A DNA stretch of 64,000 nt from Methanomassiliicoccaceae archaeon (GTDB lineage: Archaea > Thermoplasmatota > Thermoplasmata > Methanomassiliicoccales > Methanomethylophilaceae), in assembly GCA_016284295.1 (NCBI GenBank), contig JAEEOP010000033.1, forward strand, positions 7,735 through 71,734, given 5' to 3'. A model generated the notes under the pieces. The model made no database searches. It worked only from the letters and a program-made list of their open reading frames with translations, and was not told the DNA's origin. The position numbers were made by a program, and so were the translations under genes. Positions 8,869 through 18,602 of this stretch are shown here, piece by piece. Position 1 is the first letter of the stretch; every line of letters begins with the position of its first letter.

Positions 8869-9840
8869 TTGAACGGAGATGAACAGATGAGATACGAAGC
8901 GCTCGGCAACGCGATAGAGGATGCGGTCCGCAGGGCCTGCGAGGGCAAACGTGTGGGCATAGCCTTCTCCGGCGGCATGGACTCCGGTCTTATGGCCGCA
9001 TTGGCATCCAAGTACGCCAAGTCGGTCACATGCTACACCTGCGGTTCGGACGACTCCTTCGACGTGGCGGCCGGCAGGGAGCTGGCGGACATCCTCGGTC
9101 TTCCTTGGGTACAGTGCAGGATCTCCGAGGAGAACATCGAGGACACCGTCCGCGAGATGATATTCGCCACGAAGGTCTCCGACCCTTTCACCATCTCATA
9201 CGACCTCCAGCTGTTCTGCGTGTGCCGCGAGGCGGAAGAGAGGGTCATCATTACCGGCCAGGGCAGCGACGAGTACTTCGGGGGATGCGCCAACTCCGTC
9301 AACGAGGACGATTCGCAGTACAGGGAGTTCACCGACTGGGGCCTGGAGAGGCTGGAGAAGGTCTCGATCCCCTGCGAGATGTCCGCTGCCGCCCATTTCA
9401 AGAAGAAACTCTACTATCCCTATCTGGACCCTGCTGTGGTGGAGGAGGTCGGAAGGCTGGATCCCGACGAGCTCAGGCCGAAGTCCCTCGAGGACAGGAA
9501 ATCGGTGCTCAAGACGGTGGTCTCGGATCTCGGATATCCCGTTCTGGCCCATCGCACCAAGAAGGCATCTCAATATGGTTCCAGCACTACCGACCTGATC
9601 CGCGGAGCGGCCAGGAAGAAGGGTGTGAGGTACAACAGGTTCATCTCAGACATCTACGAGGGCCTCGGGCTGAGGAACGCCAACCTCTTGCGCGACGCGG
9701 CTGTGGATGTCCGCATGGACCCGATCCTGCTGCATGATGCCGAGGAATTGCTCGAAAGGAACGGTCTCACCCACTCTGAGGCCGTGGCGCTGTTCTATAA
9801 GAAGATGGTCAGAGAGGGTGACCTGAGATTCCTGGAATGA
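8869..9840 (+). CDS. Asparagine-synthase C-terminal (PP-loop) domain protein fused to a C-terminal RelB/DinJ-like RHH domain
   Basis: AFSGGMDSG PP-loop, ITGQGSDEYFGG, YPYLD, KKASQYGS; no Ntn glutaminase domain; tail VDVRMDPILLHDAEELLERNGLTHSEAVALFYKKMVREG. Confidence 0.8.
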   Translation: MNGDEQMRYEALGNAIEDAVRRACEGKRVGIAFSGGMDSGLMAALASKYAKSVTCYTCGSDDSFDVAAGRELADILGLPWVQCRISEENIEDTVREMIFATKVSDPFTISYDLQLFCVCREAEERVIITGQGSDEYFGGCANSVNEDDSQYREFTDWGLERLEKVSIPCEMSAAAHFKKKLYYPYLDPAVVEEVGRLDPDELRPKSLEDRKSVLKTVVSDLGYPVLAHRTKKASQYGSSTTDLIRGAARKKGVRYNRFISDIYEGLGLRNANLLRDAAVDVRMDPILLHDAEELLERNGLTHSEAVALFYKKMVREGDLRFLE

Positions 9841-9859
9841 TGCGTTGCGGCAGACCGGT

Positions 9860-11143
9860 TCATCCGCGGTTCAGGATCGAATCGATGGCCGCAATAGTCG
9901 TCTCCTCTATCCCACACTGTTCTGCGTACTGCCGCCAATCCCCCACAACCCGTCCGGTCTTCTGAAGCACATTCCTGCAGAAGCGTCCGCTCAATCCTAT
10001 GGACTTCCCGAATGACAGGAGATCATCCTCGGTGATGCCTTCGGATTTGCCGCAGACTGTCATCTGATGGCCGCGTAGCCATCTGTTGCCAGGGTTGTAG
10101 GCGAAGGTCAGGTCATACGCCGGCGCAAGGTCCCATACACCATCCCTGTCCATGATGAAGGATATGTTCTTCACATGGTCGTCGCAGTTCATGGCCCCGA
10201 CGTTGAACACCGTCCTTCTGTAGATCTCCTCCATCCCGCTCCTGTGAATCCCCAATCTCCTGGCGACGGATGCGCAGGTCTCGTATCCGCATAGGCACGG
10301 CTCATTGTAGTCGTAATGTCCGATAGCACCTAGCGTCTGCACGAACAGCTTCTTCGCGCCTTCGCGGTCGAAACGCCTGGTCATGAAGTGGGACATCCCG
10401 TCCTTCTTCAATATCCTGCATTCGCTCATATCGATCCCGGCATCCTTGGCCATGAGATGATACGCATATTCGATGAGGGTGTACTGTTTGGGATCCTTCT
10501 CCCCGTGGTCCCCGTTACCCCTGACCTCATCGAACTTGACGAGCCAATGATCCGATCCCGGGGCGGCAAGGGTCTGACCCGACCTGATCTCGCCGGTCTC
10601 CTCATTCAATGCGATCACGGCCTTCGCCCTGGCACCCCCGGCGGATGAGCCGATCTCCAGCATCTGCGCCATCGTGATCCGGTCGATGTCGTATGAGGCG
10701 CTTTCCTTACCGGACAGCACCATCGACGCCAGTTCTGTCAGTTTGGTCACATCGACTTCCGAATCCGGGAAATCCATGTCGGCGGCGGGCACATACTCCA
10801 GGGCTCCCATCCCGCGTCTTCCGGTGTAGCTAAGTCTTTCCAACGGCGACATGCTCCCGACCGGTCTCCCGTTCTGCTTCAGCCAGAGGTCTATGACCGC
10901 ATTGCCGAACCTGTCCGGAAGGGAATCCGCCACAAGCCCAGGAAGGCCGTGGAAGGATGCTGAATTCCCGAGTGCGGGAAATGCGTAGACCCTGTCGGAC
11001 AGAGGCATCATGAGCGGTGCGGGCTCGATGCCACTGCCGATGAAATCCCTGTCGTATTCGAACGTGGGGACGGGATCATCCTCACCCTGATGCAGTATGC
11101 CTATCCTCCTGCCCCACAGATGGACCTCGACGGTGCTGATCAT
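9860..11143 (-). CDS. hipA: HipA-family toxin (Ser/Thr kinase) with N-terminal coupling domain
   Basis: EVHLWGRRIG, DSLPDRFGN, SSAGGARAKA, WLVKFD, FMTRRFDR, NCDDHVKNISF, LAPAYDL. Confidence 0.92.
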   Translation of the reverse strand: MISTVEVHLWGRRIGILHQGEDDPVPTFEYDRDFIGSGIEPAPLMMPLSDRVYAFPALGNSASFHGLPGLVADSLPDRFGNAVIDLWLKQNGRPVGSMSPLERLSYTGRRGMGALEYVPAADMDFPDSEVDVTKLTELASMVLSGKESASYDIDRITMAQMLEIGSSAGGARAKAVIALNEETGEIRSGQTLAAPGSDHWLVKFDEVRGNGDHGEKDPKQYTLIEYAYHLMAKDAGIDMSECRILKKDGMSHFMTRRFDREGAKKLFVQTLGAIGHYDYNEPCLCGYETCASVARRLGIHRSGMEEIYRRTVFNVGAMNCDDHVKNISFIMDRDGVWDLAPAYDLTFAYNPGNRWLRGHQMTVCGKSEGITEDDLLSFGKSIGLSGRFCRNVLQKTGRVVGDWRQYAEQCGIEETTIAAIDSILNRG

Positions 11144-11484
11144 TCCTCATCTCCCCATTTCCATTGCCTGGTCTTGGTCGTTCTCTTCCTGGCGCGCTGT
11201 CTAGGTTTCGTGTTCTCGACGAACGCGGACGGGCGGATGGACTGATCGGGGATCAGTATCTCGAAATTGCCCTGCAGGTCCAAAGCTTCCATAAGTTTCA
11301 ACAGGTTGGAGAGGCCTATGTCATAACCGTTCTCGAACCTCTTGATGGTACTGAGCGACACCATCGATTTCTCGGCAAGATCGGTTTGTGTCATGGGATA
11401 GGATATCCTGTACTGTTTGAACCTTTTCGATAATTCGGATGCGATCTCTGTCGGGTCAGAGGTTGTGGTGATTTTCATTGACAT
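11140..11484 (-). CDS. XRE/HTH antitoxin-like regulator (HipB-like)
   Basis: MTQTDLAEKSMVSLSTIKRFENG HTH; ATGA overlap with the hipA start. Confidence 0.85.
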   Translation of the reverse strand: MSMKITTTSDPTEIASELSKRFKQYRISYPMTQTDLAEKSMVSLSTIKRFENGYDIGLSNLLKLMEALDLQGNFEILIPDQSIRPSAFVENTKPRQRARKRTTKTRQWKWGDEE

Positions 11485-11795
11485 TCAATAGATTAAATGT
11501 GAGATATTAAAGTATTTTTATAGGGTTAATAGCTCATATTTTAGATATTATTTTTTTGAAAAGGCAATAAATCCCGATTCCGGGAGATATGATTGTAAGA
11601 AAGTCGTGCGACCGATGTCATGTATGGGTCCGCCGCTGCGATCCGCCCAGCGTAAACATTTATCTCCGCGGTGCGGATTTGCTAGTGAATTGTGACCAGA
11701 TACCATCCATGGAATTCGGTACTGGACACATTGTTTTCTAACTCCAATAGTAACACGAATTAGTAATAAATATTACCAAACTGAATGCTAAAACC

Positions 11796-13004
11796 ATGCA
11801 ATCCAAAGCTGTTCTAGCAATCGCAGTTGCGGTAGTTGTCATCATAGTGGGCATCGGCGCATTCATGTTCCTGAACAACAACGGCAACAATGATTCCCCG
11901 ACCGGAGAGGTGACCGACGCTCTCGGCCGCACCATCAAGATCCCGTCCGACCTGGACAACGGTATCGTGACGATAGGCAGCACCGGGCCTCTCAGATTCG
12001 CTTCCATCTTCGATGTGTATGACAGGATCATCGAGGTCGACAAGGGCGACATAACCGACAACAAGAACGGAAGGGCGTACTCCTATGCATATCCCTACGA
12101 CAAGCTCGATGTCGAGACCCAATCCCATGCCGACAACAAGCTGGAATCGGCGACGGTGGAATCTATAGGGAAGAAGAATCCCAGCCTGGTCATAACCTCC
12201 GCCGGTGTGTGGAACAACTATGCCGAGAACTTCCAGACCCTGGCCAAGAAGGTCACCGTTATGGTGCTAAAGGATCAGCAGATGCAGTACATGACCGAGG
12301 ACGGCAAGCTCGCTGAATTCATCACGTTCAACATCGAGCTCCTTGGAAAGGTCCTGAAGAAGGAGTCCCGTGCCACGGAGGTCATCGACGGCATCAACGG
12401 AATAATCGCAGACATAGCGTCTCTGAAGGGGACATCGGACAGGAGCATCTACGTCGCAGGCGTCACCATCAGCGGCAGCAACACGCTGAACACGACCTTC
12501 CCCAGATACATCCCCTTCGACCTCACCGGTTCCAAGAACGCATACGCCGGCGGGTCCACCGACAGTAAAGTGGTCCTGAGCCCCGAGGAGGTGGCGAAGA
12601 TGGACATCGACATGATCATCATCGACCCGTCATCCTCGGACAAGGTGAAGGAGCAGGACAGCCAGGCGGTCCTATCGTACCTCTACGGTCTCGATGAGAG
12701 TGAGAGGCCGGACATGTACATCACCGTGCCCATAGTGTGGGACAGTATCAACTACGACTGCGCCCTGGCCAGCGCATTTGTTGTGACGTACCTCAATTAC
12801 CAGGGGTCGCTGACCCTCGAGCAGCTGGAGCAGAAGGTCGTGAACGTTTTCAAGACGTTCTACGGAACCCACGGTGATAATGTCCTGAAGGACATGAAGA
12901 CCTTCTTTGAGGGCAAATCCTCATCGAACGGACAGGAGATGCCGATCTTCCAGGAAGTAGAGGTCGTCAAGAACGGCGACATGTACGCGCTTGCAGCCGC
13001 ATGA
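11796..13004 (+). CDS. ABC transporter substrate-binding protein (iron-chelate/cobalamin, Peripla_BP_2 type)
   Basis: N-terminal membrane anchor, VTDALGRTIKIP, DMIIID; first gene of an SBP-permease-ATPase operon. Confidence 0.85.
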   Translation: MQSKAVLAIAVAVVVIIVGIGAFMFLNNNGNNDSPTGEVTDALGRTIKIPSDLDNGIVTIGSTGPLRFASIFDVYDRIIEVDKGDITDNKNGRAYSYAYPYDKLDVETQSHADNKLESATVESIGKKNPSLVITSAGVWNNYAENFQTLAKKVTVMVLKDQQMQYMTEDGKLAEFITFNIELLGKVLKKESRATEVIDGINGIIADIASLKGTSDRSIYVAGVTISGSNTLNTTFPRYIPFDLTGSKNAYAGGSTDSKVVLSPEEVAKMDIDMIIIDPSSSDKVKEQDSQAVLSYLYGLDESERPDMYITVPIVWDSINYDCALASAFVVTYLNYQGSLTLEQLEQKVVNVFKTFYGTHGDNVLKDMKTFFEGKSSSNGQEMPIFQEVEVVKNGDMYALAAA

Positions 13005-13035
13005 CAACTTCGATAAAGGGATTGATAGGGTGCTG

Positions 13036-14109
13036 ATGGACAGGACGGGGACGGAAGACAGTACCAAGGATGGATATCTGAGGTACGCCCGCAGCAAATG
13101 GCTGTTCCTCATCGGAACGGCCGTTCTGCTGGCGATCCTTTCGGTATACACGATAGGTCTCGGTGCCACCGATCTCTCGTACTTGGACATCCTGAGATAC
13201 CTGTTCTTCCCGGACGATTCGTGGGACAGCACGGTGGTCTGGGATCTCCGCTTCAAGATGATCGTGGCGGCCATATTCGCCGGAGCGGCACTCGGTATCG
13301 CGGGAACCGTGATGCAGAGCATCCTGAGGAACCCGCTGGCCTCCCCGTTCACCTTAGGCCTGTCGAACGCTTCGGCGTTCGGCGCGGCACTGGCCATCCT
13401 CTTCATGGAGGGCGGTACCATCGTGGGGCAGACGGCCGCCTATGCGAACGTCAACAACCCCATCCTTGTCACCGTCATGGCGTTCGCCATGGCCATGATC
13501 GCCACCGGCATCATGCTCCTCCTTGTCAAGATGACCGAATGCACCCCGGAATCCATCGTCTTGGCAGGGTTGGCGATCAGCTCGATATTCTCCGCGGGAC
13601 TGGCGTTCCTGCAATACATGGCAAACGATGTCGCATTGTCCGCCATCGTTTTCTGGCAGTTCGGAAGCCTGAGCAAGGTAAGCTGGTCCAACCTGTACCT
13701 GGTAGGTGCCGTGCTGGTCCTCGTCGCACTGTACTTCATCCACAAGCGCTGGGATTACAACGCACTGGAGTCCGGGGAGGACGTGGCCGCCGGCGTGGGT
13801 GTGAACGTTGAGAGGACCCGCATCATCGGATTGGTCCTGTCCGCGGTTCTGACAGCCGTTGTGGTATCGTTCATGGGCGTGATCGGGTTCATAGGGCTGA
13901 TCGGCCCCCATATAGTCAAGAGGCTGATCGGCAACGACAGCAGGTACGTCCTGATAGGCTCCATGCTGATCGGGGCGCTTGTCCTGCTGTTGGCGTACAT
14001 AATAGGGTCGTACGCATTCTACACGGTCATACCGGTGGGCATAATCACATCGGCGATAGGCGGACCCCTGTTCATCCTCATCCTCATAGGGAGGCGCAGA
14101 AGAAGATGA
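13036..14109 (+). CDS. FecCD/BtuC-family ABC permease
   Basis: LRNPLASPFTLG, GEDVAAGVGVNV (EAA-like), GVIGFIGLIGPHIVKRLIG, IPVGIITSAIGGP. Confidence 0.92.
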   Translation: MDRTGTEDSTKDGYLRYARSKWLFLIGTAVLLAILSVYTIGLGATDLSYLDILRYLFFPDDSWDSTVVWDLRFKMIVAAIFAGAALGIAGTVMQSILRNPLASPFTLGLSNASAFGAALAILFMEGGTIVGQTAAYANVNNPILVTVMAFAMAMIATGIMLLLVKMTECTPESIVLAGLAISSIFSAGLAFLQYMANDVALSAIVFWQFGSLSKVSWSNLYLVGAVLVLVALYFIHKRWDYNALESGEDVAAGVGVNVERTRIIGLVLSAVLTAVVVSFMGVIGFIGLIGPHIVKRLIGNDSRYVLIGSMLIGALVLLLAYIIGSYAFYTVIPVGIITSAIGGPLFILILIGRRRRR

Positions 14110-15062
14110 TCGATGTGAAGGACATCAGGTTCTCGTACGGGAAGAACGAGGTGCTGAAGGGGATATCCTTCCAGTCGGAGCCCAACACTGTGATATCGAT
14201 ACTCGGCCCGAACGGTACCGGTAAGACTACCTTCCTGAGATGCATCACAGGGGCCCGCAGGCCCAGCTCCGGGTAGATCACCGTGGATGGCACGGACATC
14301 TTCGCCTTGTCGGGACGCGAATTGGCGAGGAAGATCGCATACGTTCCCCAAAGCGTCCCCGCATCCAGGATGTCCGTGTTCGACACCATACTGGTCGGCA
14401 GGAGGCCGTACATCGAATGGAGCGCGACCAAGAAGGACTTGGACCGCGTATCAGAGATAATCGACGCCCTGGGGATGTCGCACATCTCCCTGAAGTACAT
14501 GGACGAGATTAGCGGCGGGGAGTTCCAGAAGGCCCAGATCGCCAGAGCGATCGTGCAGGAGCCGTCGGTCCTGATCTTGGACGAACCGACGAACAATCTC
14601 GACATCTCCAACCAGCATCGCACAATGGGGATGATCATGGACATAGTCCGTTCGCGGGGGATGTGCACGATCATGACCATGCACGACATCAACCTGGCGG
14701 TGCATTACTCGGACAGACTCCTGTTCCTTAAGGACGGCAAGGTCGCGGCCTACGGAGGACAGGAGATCGTCACCCGGGAGCTGATAGAGGATGTGTACGG
14801 CGTCGAGGCCGATGTCATCCGCCACAGAGGGGTTCCCATGGTGGTCCCCAGATATTCGATAAAATATGACGATCATGATGATGGAGAACGATACGATGGC
14901 AGAGGACCCGGAGAGGCTTATGCACCCTGTAAGGAACGACCGCGACGCAGTGATCCGCGGAAAGTTCGGCGGATATATGACGGGGTTCGCAAACGCGATG
15001 ATACTGAGGACGTCCTTCCGTTTGGGGCTGTTCGACATTGCCGCCAGCCCGGTATCCGCTAA
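14106..15062 (+). CDS. ABC transporter ATP-binding protein; in-frame TAG at 14274-14276 (probable Pyl)
   Basis: ATG at 14106 overlaps the permease TGA; Walker A GPNGTGKTT precedes RPSSG-TAG-ITVDG, then ISGGEFQK, LILDEPT, TMHDIN in the same frame. Confidence 0.88.
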
Positions 15063-15933
15063 AGAGATCTCCGGAAAGGCAGGTCTGGATGCCGATCTGA
15101 CCGTGATGCTCTGCGACAGCCTGGTGCAGATGGGCCTGCTGGACGGGGTGGAAGGAGGATACGTGGATTCGGACGCTGCATCGGCATATCTCTGCCGCGA
15201 TTCAGACACCTATCAGGGCAACACGCTCAACGGGATGTTCGACAACATGGATGAATGGATGCACTTGGAGGAACGCCTCGTAATGGGTCCAAGATATGTC
15301 CACAGGGAGGAGATGTTCGGGGAGAAGTGGCTCCGGGCGATAGCCGAGTCGTGTCTCGATGGGAGCGTCGGTGCAATCGTCGACGAGATAGATTCCCGCG
15401 TGGATCTGTCAGGATACAGGACCCTTCTCGATCTCGGAGGAGGTCACGGTCTGCACTCGATAGGCCTGGTCCACAGGCATCCGAATCTGGAGGCAACCGT
15501 GTTCGATGTGCCGATGATGTGCCCGATAGCCATGAAGAACTCGGAGAGGTACGGCGTGCCCCTGCGTACGATCGCAGGCGACTTCTATAAGGACGATCTC
15601 GGTGGCCCTTACGATGTGGTGTACTCATCGTTCAATCTTTCCACATCGGACATCAGGATGGCCGACCGTGTCCACGGGGCGGTGGCAGACGGAGGCCTTC
15701 TGATTCTCCGCCGTCATCTGCCAGCGACATCGCAGGACAGCATCCGGAACTTGGAGTGGAGCCTCAGGACCTGGGACGGGAAGGGCAAGAAGAACTACGG
15801 GGGCTCATGGCTACCCACGGCGGAGGCCTACATCGACAAACTGATCGGTCTGGGCATGTCGATGCTCGTGAGGGAACAGATGGATGGATCATCCGAACTG
15901 GTCATCATGACGAAAAGTCCGATACATCCGTAA
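14866..15933 (+). CDS. SAM-dependent methyltransferase (Methyltransf_2 with dimerisation domain)
   Basis: LLDLGGGHG motif I, VFDVP, IAGDFYKD; N-terminal wHTH dimerisation region; start may be 14896. Confidence 0.85.
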   Translation: MTIMMMENDTMAEDPERLMHPVRNDRDAVIRGKFGGYMTGFANAMILRTSFRLGLFDIAASPVSAKEISGKAGLDADLTVMLCDSLVQMGLLDGVEGGYVDSDAASAYLCRDSDTYQGNTLNGMFDNMDEWMHLEERLVMGPRYVHREEMFGEKWLRAIAESCLDGSVGAIVDEIDSRVDLSGYRTLLDLGGGHGLHSIGLVHRHPNLEATVFDVPMMCPIAMKNSERYGVPLRTIAGDFYKDDLGGPYDVVYSSFNLSTSDIRMADRVHGAVADGGLLILRRHLPATSQDSIRNLEWSLRTWDGKGKKNYGGSWLPTAEAYIDKLIGLGMSMLVREQMDGSSELVIMTKSPIHP

Positions 15934-15967
15934 TCAGGATTATAAACAGGGCAATCCTCGTAACATT

Positions 15968-16351
15968 ATGGATTTCTGCCCCAGATGCGGTAGGTACCTC
16001 AAGGATGAGGAGTTCCAATGCCCGGAATGCGGTAACATTGTGCGTGAGCTGCCCATCCGCGATCAGGTAGCGCCCGAGATCAACATGATGTACTCCGGGA
16101 ACAGGGCGGGCAGATTGGACATCAGAGACATATTCAGGGACAAGGTGTTCTACATCGTGTTCGCGATAGGTTTCGCGGCTTCGTTCTCCGTCACCTACTT
16201 CTGGAGGTTCTCGGTGTTCCTGTTCCTCATCCCGCTGCTGATGCCGGTGGGGAGGCCGAGCATAAGCCTGGGGCTCATACTCGGCATAATAGTCGGTTCC
16301 CTGATCGGCTTCGTCACGAAGACCTATCTCGTGGCCTCTTCGATAGTGTGA
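15968..16351 (+). CDS. Zinc-ribbon membrane protein
   Basis: CPRCG..CPECG followed by hydrophobic helices. Confidence 0.65.
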   Translation: MDFCPRCGRYLKDEEFQCPECGNIVRELPIRDQVAPEINMMYSGNRAGRLDIRDIFRDKVFYIVFAIGFAASFSVTYFWRFSVFLFLIPLLMPVGRPSISLGLILGIIVGSLIGFVTKTYLVASSIV

Positions 16352-16928
16352 AGTCGTAGAGTTTGTCCATGTTCTCGCCGGTCTTGGCCGAGACCTCCTG
16401 GACGGGCTTTCCGGGGAAGTTCTGTTCGAACCACGCTTTGATGTGCTCTATCTGACCGGGCTTCGCCAGGTCCATCTTGTTGATGAGGATCAGGTCCGAC
16501 CCGGACATCTGCATCTTGTAGAACGCCTCCTTCTTCTCCAGGAGCGTGTCGAACCTCTCCACGTCGGCAAGTCCGATGATCGAACACGAATCCTCGTCGA
16601 TCATGGCGTTGTGCACGAACTGCTTCACCTTGTGGGGGAGCGCCAGACCGGTGGGCTCGATGATGAGCACATCGGGGTCCAGGTCCCTCTTGATGTTCCT
16701 GAGCGTGGCCTGGAGGGTGCCGACCAGGGTGCAGCAGATGCACCCCTCGGGCAGCTCCGTCGCGCTGTACCCTTCGGCTTTGATCGTCGCTCCGTCGACC
16801 CCGACCTCTCCGGATTCGTTGACGATGATAGCCGTCTTCAGTCCCTTGCCGGTATAGACCTTGGCCAGGTCCAGGAGCATGGTGGTCTTTCCGCTTCCGA
16901 GGAATCCTCCGATTATGAATACATCCAT
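16314..16928 (-). CDS. CobW/HypB/UreG-family GTPase (metallochaperone)
   Basis: GGFLGSGKTT, NESGEVGVDG, GCICC, IEPTG, NKMD. Confidence 0.9.
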   Translation of the reverse strand: MDVFIIGGFLGSGKTTMLLDLAKVYTGKGLKTAIIVNESGEVGVDGATIKAEGYSATELPEGCICCTLVGTLQATLRNIKRDLDPDVLIIEPTGLALPHKVKQFVHNAMIDEDSCSIIGLADVERFDTLLEKKEAFYKMQMSGSDLILINKMDLAKPGQIEHIKAWFEQNFPGKPVQEVSAKTGENMDKLYDFTLSKRPRDRSS

Positions 16929-16937
16929 CGTACCGCC

Positions 16938-18554
16938 TCAGAACGACAGCCTGAGGTCGTCGTACTTGTACACTTTCTGGGGGCAGCTGAACTGGCATCT
17001 GTAGCATGCGGTACCGAGGCAGTTCTTGGTCTTGACCACGATCTTCTTGTCCTCCTGGACGGTGAGCGCGTGCTCGGGGCACTCCTTCTCGCACTTCTTG
17101 CACCCGGTGCAGCCTTCCATGTATCCGGTGAGCTCGGTACCGATGTCGTGGAGGATGTACAGTCCCCTCTCTCCCAGGTCGGGAATGTCACGCTGTACGA
17201 TTCTGTGGACCGTGGGCACGCCTTTCGGCCTGGGGAGCTCCTGGATGCCTGCGATGGCGTTGTTCCTGTTGTACATCTCCATGCTCATGCCCTCGTCACA
17301 CACGGCCAGCTCCTGGGTGTAGATCTGCTCGAAGATCTTGTCGCCTGCGAACATGATGTGGTTGGCCCTGATTCCGTTGGCGATGTCCTGGAGGGTGTCC
17401 AGGAGCTCGGGGTTCCTGAGGATGTCGGTGGCCATGGCCAGCGAGGTGTTACCGTACTGGTAGATGGTGTTGCATGACGGCGGCAGGAGACCGACCTCCC
17501 TTGCCTTCACAGCATCCACATAGGTTCCGGATGCCCCGGCCATGTACATGATGTCGAGGTCGCTGAACTTGATGCCCGCATGCTCCAGGAGGGTGAAGTG
17601 TCCCGCCCTCATCGCTCCGATCGCCTTCATGGCCTCGGAGATGTCATGCGAGTCGATGTAGATGCCGTCCTGCAGGTGGAGCAGTCCGTCGGAGGTCGTG
17701 AGCTTCCCCTTCTTCCAGAGGTGGCAGTCCAGTGCCGCGGCGACGGCGGCGATGACTCCGGTACCGGTGATACCGGTGGCCTTGCCGCTCATCGGCCCTT
17801 CGGGGGTGACGGACTCCAGGCCGAAGTCACATCTGGCCCCGTTCTCGGGGATGATGTCGTCGTTCAGGACCTTGCATATGTATTGGAAATCATATTCGAG
17901 ATCGGATATGGCGCCGGGTCCAGCGAGCATACCGTATTTGATGGACTGCCCTTCCATGGCCGGTCCCGCCGCCGCGGATCCCGTGTAGATGTCGTCCCCT
18001 ATCTTCAGGGCCATCTCGGCGTTGGTACCGTAATCCGTGACGAGGCAGTTCTCCTTCTGCTCGAGGAATCCGCTCTTGTACATCATGGCCAGCGCATCGG
18101 CGCCGATCTCGTGCCTGATCGCCGGGGGAACGCAGAGCTCGCATCCATCCCTGACATTCAGTCCGACATCCACTGCCGAGAAGACCCCGGCATCCCTTTT
18201 CTGCGCCACTATGCCTCTGGCCTTGTGCGCGTTCTCGCCCGCGAAGGCCAGGTCGTCCACCGGGATCCCTTGGAAGAGCGACAGCTGTATCGGGTTACCG
18301 CAGATGCTGACCCTCTCGACCTTGTTCAGGTCCACGCCGAGGGTGGCAATGAGCTTGTTGACGGTGTCGATCAGGATCTTGTGCGCCGTGTCCGTCCCTG
18401 CGTTTATGCAGAACGTTAGATGATCCATGATGTTCGCTCCGGGCAGCGGATGACATTCCGTGACGGAGGTTGATAGTATCTTGCCGTTCGAGAGGTCGAC
18501 GGCGTGCCCTCTTGTACCGCTCGTACCGATATCCAAAGAAATTCCTATACTCAT
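16938..18554 (-). CDS. ramA: Methyltransferase corrinoid protein reductive activase (RamA/RamM, ASKHA ATPase with C-terminal ferredoxin)
   Basis: SLDIGTSG, DYGTNAEMAL, SAAAGPAMEGQ, C-terminal CTGCKKCEKECP and CLGTACYRC; AGGTGG RBS before ATG at 18554. Confidence 0.92.
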   Translation of the reverse strand: MSIGISLDIGTSGTRGHAVDLSNGKILSTSVTECHPLPGANIMDHLTFCINAGTDTAHKILIDTVNKLIATLGVDLNKVERVSICGNPIQLSLFQGIPVDDLAFAGENAHKARGIVAQKRDAGVFSAVDVGLNVRDGCELCVPPAIRHEIGADALAMMYKSGFLEQKENCLVTDYGTNAEMALKIGDDIYTGSAAAGPAMEGQSIKYGMLAGPGAISDLEYDFQYICKVLNDDIIPENGARCDFGLESVTPEGPMSGKATGITGTGVIAAVAAALDCHLWKKGKLTTSDGLLHLQDGIYIDSHDISEAMKAIGAMRAGHFTLLEHAGIKFSDLDIMYMAGASGTYVDAVKAREVGLLPPSCNTIYQYGNTSLAMATDILRNPELLDTLQDIANGIRANHIMFAGDKIFEQIYTQELAVCDEGMSMEMYNRNNAIAGIQELPRPKGVPTVHRIVQRDIPDLGERGLYILHDIGTELTGYMEGCTGCKKCEKECPEHALTVQEDKKIVVKTKNCLGTACYRCQFSCPQKVYKYDDLRLSF

Positions 18555-18602
18555 CGTTACCACCTGACCTATCTGGTCTTTCTTATGTTTTTGTAATAGA
18601 AC

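Noticed and set aside
11763-11776. GTAATA-AA-TATTAC palindrome upstream of the first ABC operon
   Set aside because: Short and AT-rich, and no second full copy was found; it could be a metal-regulator site but is unsupported
16314-16351. 38-nt convergent overlap of the Zn-ribbon and CobW-like genes
   Set aside because: Short tail-to-tail overlaps are common in compact archaeal genomes
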